Below are positions 57,903 to 61,417 of a stretch of DNA of 61,417 nt, piece after piece. Within the stretch, counting starts at the first letter, position 1, and each line of letters starts with the position of its first letter. The stretch is from Crocinitomicaceae bacterium (GTDB taxonomy: Bacteria; Bacteroidota; Bacteroidia; Flavobacteriales_D; Crocinitomicaceae). A program made the translations under genes and the position numbers. The notes beneath the pieces are model-generated. The model ran no database searches. It was not told where the DNA came from and was given only the letters and a program-made list of their open reading frames with translations. The stretch spans positions 1 through 61,417 of the forward strand of contig JALRKF010000006.1 of NCBI GenBank assembly GCA_023254905.1, in the 5' to 3' direction.

Positions 57903-59000
57903 TTAAACATTAAATCGGAAATGCATTACATCGCCATCCTCTACCGTGTATTCCTTTCCTTCTACATGAAATTTTCCTGCATCTTTAACAGCCGCTTCAC
58001 TGCCGAAATTGACAAAATCATCATACTTGATTACTTCAGCACGGATAAATCCTTTTTCGAAATCTGTATGAATTACTCCTGCGGCTTGAGGTGCTGTCAT
58101 TCCTCTTTTTATAGTCCATGCTCTAACCTCTTTTTCTCCAGCAGTAAAATACGTTTGAAGATCGAGTAAATTATAAGCAGCACGAATCAATCTGTTCACA
58201 CCAGGTTCATCCAAATCAAGCTCTTCGAGAAACATTTGACGTTCTTCAAAAGTATCTAGTTCCGTTATGTCTGCTTCAATCTTTGCCCCTATAACAAGCA
58301 CTTGTGCATTTTCCCTTGCAACATTCTCCTTCACTATATCTACGTACTTGTTCCCATTTTTTACAGATGCCTCATCTACGTTACATAAGTATAACACTGG
58401 TTTCGTTGTAATCAAGTGGAATCCTCGAACGAATTGTCTATCGTTTTCATCAAAATCGAGTGTTCTTGCAGATTGTCCGGACTCTAATGTATCTTTGATC
58501 CTCAACGCGAGTTCATGTTCCTTCAATGCTTGCTTATCACCAGATTTAATAATTCTTGAAAGACTATTTATCTTTTTCTCGATTGTTTCTAGATCTTTCA
58601 ACTGTAGCTCTGTGTCAATAACTTCTTTGTCACGCATTGGATCTACCGATCCGTCTACATGTACCACATTGCCGTCATCAAAACATCTCAATACGTGTAT
58701 AATCGCATCAGTTTCACGAATATTAGCGAGAAACTGATTACCTAATCCTTCACCCTTGGAGGCACCCTTTACAAGCCCAGCAATATCGACGATTTCCATT
58801 GTCGTTGGTATTACTTTTTGAGGATTGACTAGTTCCTCTAATTTATTTAATCGCTTATCTGGAACTGAAATTGTTCCGATATTCGGCTCTATTGTACAGA
58901 ACGGATAATTCGCTGATTGCGCTTTCGCATTAGAAAGACAATTAAAAAGTGTTGATTTACCGACATTCGGAAGACCAACAATTCCACATTTTAGTGACAT
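57903..59000 (-). CDS. ychF: Ribosome-binding ATPase YchF
   Basis: 365 aa with GIVGLPNVGKSTLFN, VDIAGLVKGAS and the C-terminal TGS-like IHTDFEKGFIRAEV. Confidence 0.97.
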   Translation of the reverse strand: MSLKCGIVGLPNVGKSTLFNCLSNAKAQSANYPFCTIEPNIGTISVPDKRLNKLEELVNPQKVIPTTMEIVDIAGLVKGASKGEGLGNQFLANIRETDAIIHVLRCFDDGNVVHVDGSVDPMRDKEVIDTELQLKDLETIEKKINSLSRIIKSGDKQALKEHELALRIKDTLESGQSARTLDFDENDRQFVRGFHLITTKPVLYLCNVDEASVKNGNKYVDIVKENVARENAQVLVIGAKIEADITELDTFEERQMFLEELDLDEPGVNRLIRAAYNLLDLQTYFTAGEKEVRAWTIKRGMTAPQAAGVIHTDFEKGFIRAEVIKYDDFVNFGSEAAVKDAGKFHVEGKEYTVEDGDVMHFRFNV

Positions 59001-59016
59001 TTAATTCAATTTTCGA

Positions 59017-59024
59017 CAAAGATA
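59017..59024 (-). promoter_or_regulatory. -7 promoter box TATCTTTG for ychF
   Basis: It is an exact TAnnTTTG on the minus strand, 16 nt upstream of the ATG at 59000. Confidence 0.45.
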
Positions 59025-59080
59025 ATTGAAAGTACGTAAGCGGGAAATTTTAGTATCTTTTCAACCATAAAAAAAATACA

Positions 59081-60448
59081 ATGAACCGAATTATTTCTTT
59101 GATCCTTTTCTCAAGTATATGCAGCCTAAACTCAATGGCTCAAGACGACTCAACGTTTATCAAAACAATATACAACATAGCACTTTCGGAAGGGAAAGCA
59201 CATGAAGACCTGAGAAGTCTTTGCAAAGATATCGGTTCAAGATTGACTGGATCCGCTGAAGCCATGATGGCTATTGAATGGGGAAAACTCAAAATGGAGA
59301 ATTACGGATTTGATACTGTATATCTGCAGGAGATAATGGTTCCTCATTGGGAAAGAGGCACAAAAGAAGTTGGCTGGATCAAACACAATACTGGTCAATT
59401 AATAAAAACAAATATGCTTGCATTGGGTGGATCTATTGGTACCATGGGTGTACTATCTGGTGATCTAATTGAATTTAAATCGATAGAAGAGCTCAAAAGT
59501 AGTTCAAGAGACTTAGTCCAAGGAAAAATCGTTTTTCTAAATCAACCCATGGATGAACAGCAGATTAATACTTTCAAAGCTTATGGCGGATGCTATCCAA
59601 TTCGAGGTAATGGTGCTGTTGAAGGAGCAAGACTTGGTGCAAAGGCTGTAATCATAAGATCATTAGGACTGCCTATTGATGCGCACCCACATACAGGATC
59701 TATGCATTACGAAGAGAATGTAGAAAAAATTCCTGCTGCGGCTATATCGACAAAAGATGCAGAATTTTTATCAAATCTTTTAGAAAAAGGGCCTTGTGAA
59801 TTTGTAATGGAGATGGACTGCCGTTCATATCCTGACGTCGCATCCTATAATGTTATTGGAGAATTGACAGGAATGGAAACACCTGATCAGATTATAACAT
59901 TTGGTGGACATCTTGATTCTTGGGATACCGGAGAAGGAGCACACGATGATGGAGCAGGTATTATTCACTCTTTAGAAGCCATGAGAATTTTAAAACTGCT
60001 TGAGTATGAACCCAAAAATACTTTACGTTTGGTTTTCTTTATGAATGAAGAAAACGGAAACAATGGAGGTAAGAATTATGCTAAATGGGTTAGCGATAAT
60101 GGAGAAAAGCAAATAGCCGCTCTGGAAAGTGACCGTGGAGGATTTGCTCCTCGCGGTTTTCATGTTGATGGAAATGACTCTCAAGTTCAATTTCTTCAAC
60201 AATTTGAAAAATATTTTACCCCTTACGATCTTCACATTTTTGAAAAAGGATATGGTGGTGTAGATATCAATCCATTGAAGAATTATTACCCTGAAATACC
60301 TCTTTTTGGATTTGTACCAGATTCTCAGCGTTACTTTGACTTTCACCATGCGCCTAGTGATGTGTTCGAAAATGTAAATAAGCGAGAGCTCGAATTAGGA
60401 TGTGCCTCAATAGCCTCATTTCTATATTTATTAGATAAAAGCCTATAA
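59081..60448 (+). CDS. M28 family zinc aminopeptidase with PA domain, secreted
   Basis: 455 aa. It has a signal peptide, GGHLDSWDTGEGAHDDGAG and FFMNEENG metal-ligand motifs. Confidence 0.85.
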   Translation: MNRIISLILFSSICSLNSMAQDDSTFIKTIYNIALSEGKAHEDLRSLCKDIGSRLTGSAEAMMAIEWGKLKMENYGFDTVYLQEIMVPHWERGTKEVGWIKHNTGQLIKTNMLALGGSIGTMGVLSGDLIEFKSIEELKSSSRDLVQGKIVFLNQPMDEQQINTFKAYGGCYPIRGNGAVEGARLGAKAVIIRSLGLPIDAHPHTGSMHYEENVEKIPAAAISTKDAEFLSNLLEKGPCEFVMEMDCRSYPDVASYNVIGELTGMETPDQIITFGGHLDSWDTGEGAHDDGAGIIHSLEAMRILKLLEYEPKNTLRLVFFMNEENGNNGGKNYAKWVSDNGEKQIAALESDRGGFAPRGFHVDGNDSQVQFLQQFEKYFTPYDLHIFEKGYGGVDINPLKNYYPEIPLFGFVPDSQRYFDFHHAPSDVFENVNKRELELGCASIASFLYLLDKSL

Positions 60449-60468
60449 TTAGCTACCTACTGTTGTTG

Positions 60469-60496
60469 AAAAAAAACCTGCTCATAATGAGCGGTT
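60469..60496. terminator. Weak hairpin after the M28 peptidase gene
   Basis: AAAAAAAA-CCTGCTCA-TAA-TGAGCGG forms a 7-bp stem with one G-U pair. The A-run is upstream, and only a T/A-rich TTAATAAAG lies downstream on the plus strand, so function in the plus orientation is uncertain. Confidence 0.3.
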
Positions 60497-60510
60497 AATA
60501 AAGAATACAC

Positions 60511-60518
60511 TAATTTTG
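60511..60518 (+). promoter_or_regulatory. -7 promoter box TAATTTTG for the alpha-oxoamine synthase gene
   Basis: It is an exact TAnnTTTG, 38 nt upstream of the ATG at 60557. Confidence 0.4.
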
Positions 60519-60556
60519 TGCCGAATTAGTTCATTTTTAGGACTTAAACTTTTTTT

Positions 60557-61417
60557 ATGGCTCAAGACATTTTTGATAAAATCAGAGAAAACAGAGGACC
60601 ATTAGGTCAGTATTCGAAAGAGGCACAGGGATATTTTATTTTCCCAAAACTAGAAGGTGAAATCAGTAATAAGATGATTTTTAGAGGTAAAGAATGCCTT
60701 GTGTGGTCGGTAAACAACTATCTGGGATTAGCAAACCATCCTGAAATTAGAAAAGTGGACAGTGTAGCTTCTCAAGATTGGGGTATGGCATATCCGATGG
60801 GGTCGCGCATGATGACAGGGCAAACAAATGAGCACGATGCACTTGAGAATGAAATCTCTGATTTCATGGATAAGGAAGATACAATTTTATTGAATTTTGG
60901 TTATCAAGGTATGGTATCGGCGATTGACGCCATTGTTGATAGAAACGATGTAATAGTTTATGACAGTGAGTCTCACGCATGTATTCTTGATGGAATGAGA
61001 TTGCACGCTGGAAAACGCTTTGTTTTCAAACACAATAATATGGAGAGCTTCGACAAGCAAATGCAACGCGCATCGAAAATAGTTGAAGACACAAATGGAG
61101 GAATACTCGTCATTACGGAAGGAGTATTTGGAATGGCAGGTGATCAGGGTAAATTGAAAGAGATTGTAGAATTCAGAAAATCTGGGAAATACGACTTTCG
61201 TCTCTTCGTTGATGATGCACATGGTTTCGGAACGCTTGGTGAAAAAGGACAAGGTGCTGGAGAAGCTCAAGGTGTTCACCAGGAGATCGATGTATTGTTT
61301 GGAACATTCGCAAAGTCAATGGCTTCAATCGGTGCATTCATTTGTGGTGATGAAAACCTAATTGAATTCTTACGTTACAACATGCGATCTCAGGTATTTG
61401 CCAAGTCGCTGCCTATG
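60557..61417 (+). CDS. PLP-dependent alpha-oxoamine synthase family enzyme (Kbl/BioF/serine palmitoyltransferase-like); 287 codons, 3' end beyond the window
   Basis: The frame is open from the ATG at 60557 to the window end. It shows NNYLGLANHP, DSESHACILDG, VDDAHGFG and GTFAKSMAS with the PLP lysine. Confidence 0.85.
   Translation, partial: MAQDIFDKIRENRGPLGQYSKEAQGYFIFPKLEGEISNKMIFRGKECLVWSVNNYLGLANHPEIRKVDSVASQDWGMAYPMGSRMMTGQTNEHDALENEISDFMDKEDTILLNFGYQGMVSAIDAIVDRNDVIVYDSESHACILDGMRLHAGKRFVFKHNNMESFDKQMQRASKIVEDTNGGILVITEGVFGMAGDQGKLKEIVEFRKSGKYDFRLFVDDAHGFGTLGEKGQGAGEAQGVHQEIDVLFGTFAKSMASIGAFICGDENLIEFLRYNMRSQVFAKSLPM

Noticed and set aside
58267-58737. A 156-aa plus-strand ORF
   Set aside because: It is antisense inside ychF and Ser-rich, which marks it as a shadow ORF.
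60887-61279. A 130-aa minus-strand ORF near the right edge
   Set aside because: It is antisense to the alpha-oxoamine synthase frame, which carries the PLP-lysine and other family motifs.

Overview
This 61.4-kb window looks like AT-rich, very gene-dense core chromosome of a Bacteroidota organism, probably Flavobacteriia-like. Lineage markers are a fused lpxC-fabZ gene, an rpmB-rpmG-DUF4295 cluster, surE-lpxB linkage, no Shine-Dalgarno-like spacing, and the Bacteroidota -7 promoter box TAnnTTTG in almost every real intergenic gap. About 70 CDS are supported. They cover lipid A and envelope (lpxD, lpxC/fabZ, lpxA, lpxB, murB, SpoIID-like, OstA-like, gmhA, KdsC-like), translation (hisS, rpmB, rpmG, ychF, an ABC-F protein, rlmD, a DEAD-box helicase), menaquinone (menF, menD, a hotdog thioesterase), methylmalonyl-CoA mutase, glyA, purA, RelA/SpoT, fur, trxA, ftsY, several peptidases, and a number of small unknown membrane or secreted proteins. 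I found no tRNA or rRNA genes, CRISPR array, transposase, integrase, phage genes or recognisable defence genes, and no gap exceeds about 130 nt. I cannot point to a clear undescribed system. The best candidate is the left-edge operon at 1-2968: lipoprotein, Rpe-like barrel fused to a CBS pair, DAHP-synthase-type enzyme, then KdsC-type phosphatase. It repeats the logic of the KDO pathway using non-KDO parts. Other points worth a look are a recurring TAnnTTT(G/A)-N4-5-start arrangement that predicts leaderless mRNAs, a seven-gene overlapping operon containing a 55-codon ORF absent from the track, an orphan STAS gene inside a fur-purA operon, and an alpha-oxoamine synthase at the right edge. All family assignments come from reading motifs by eye, not from searches.
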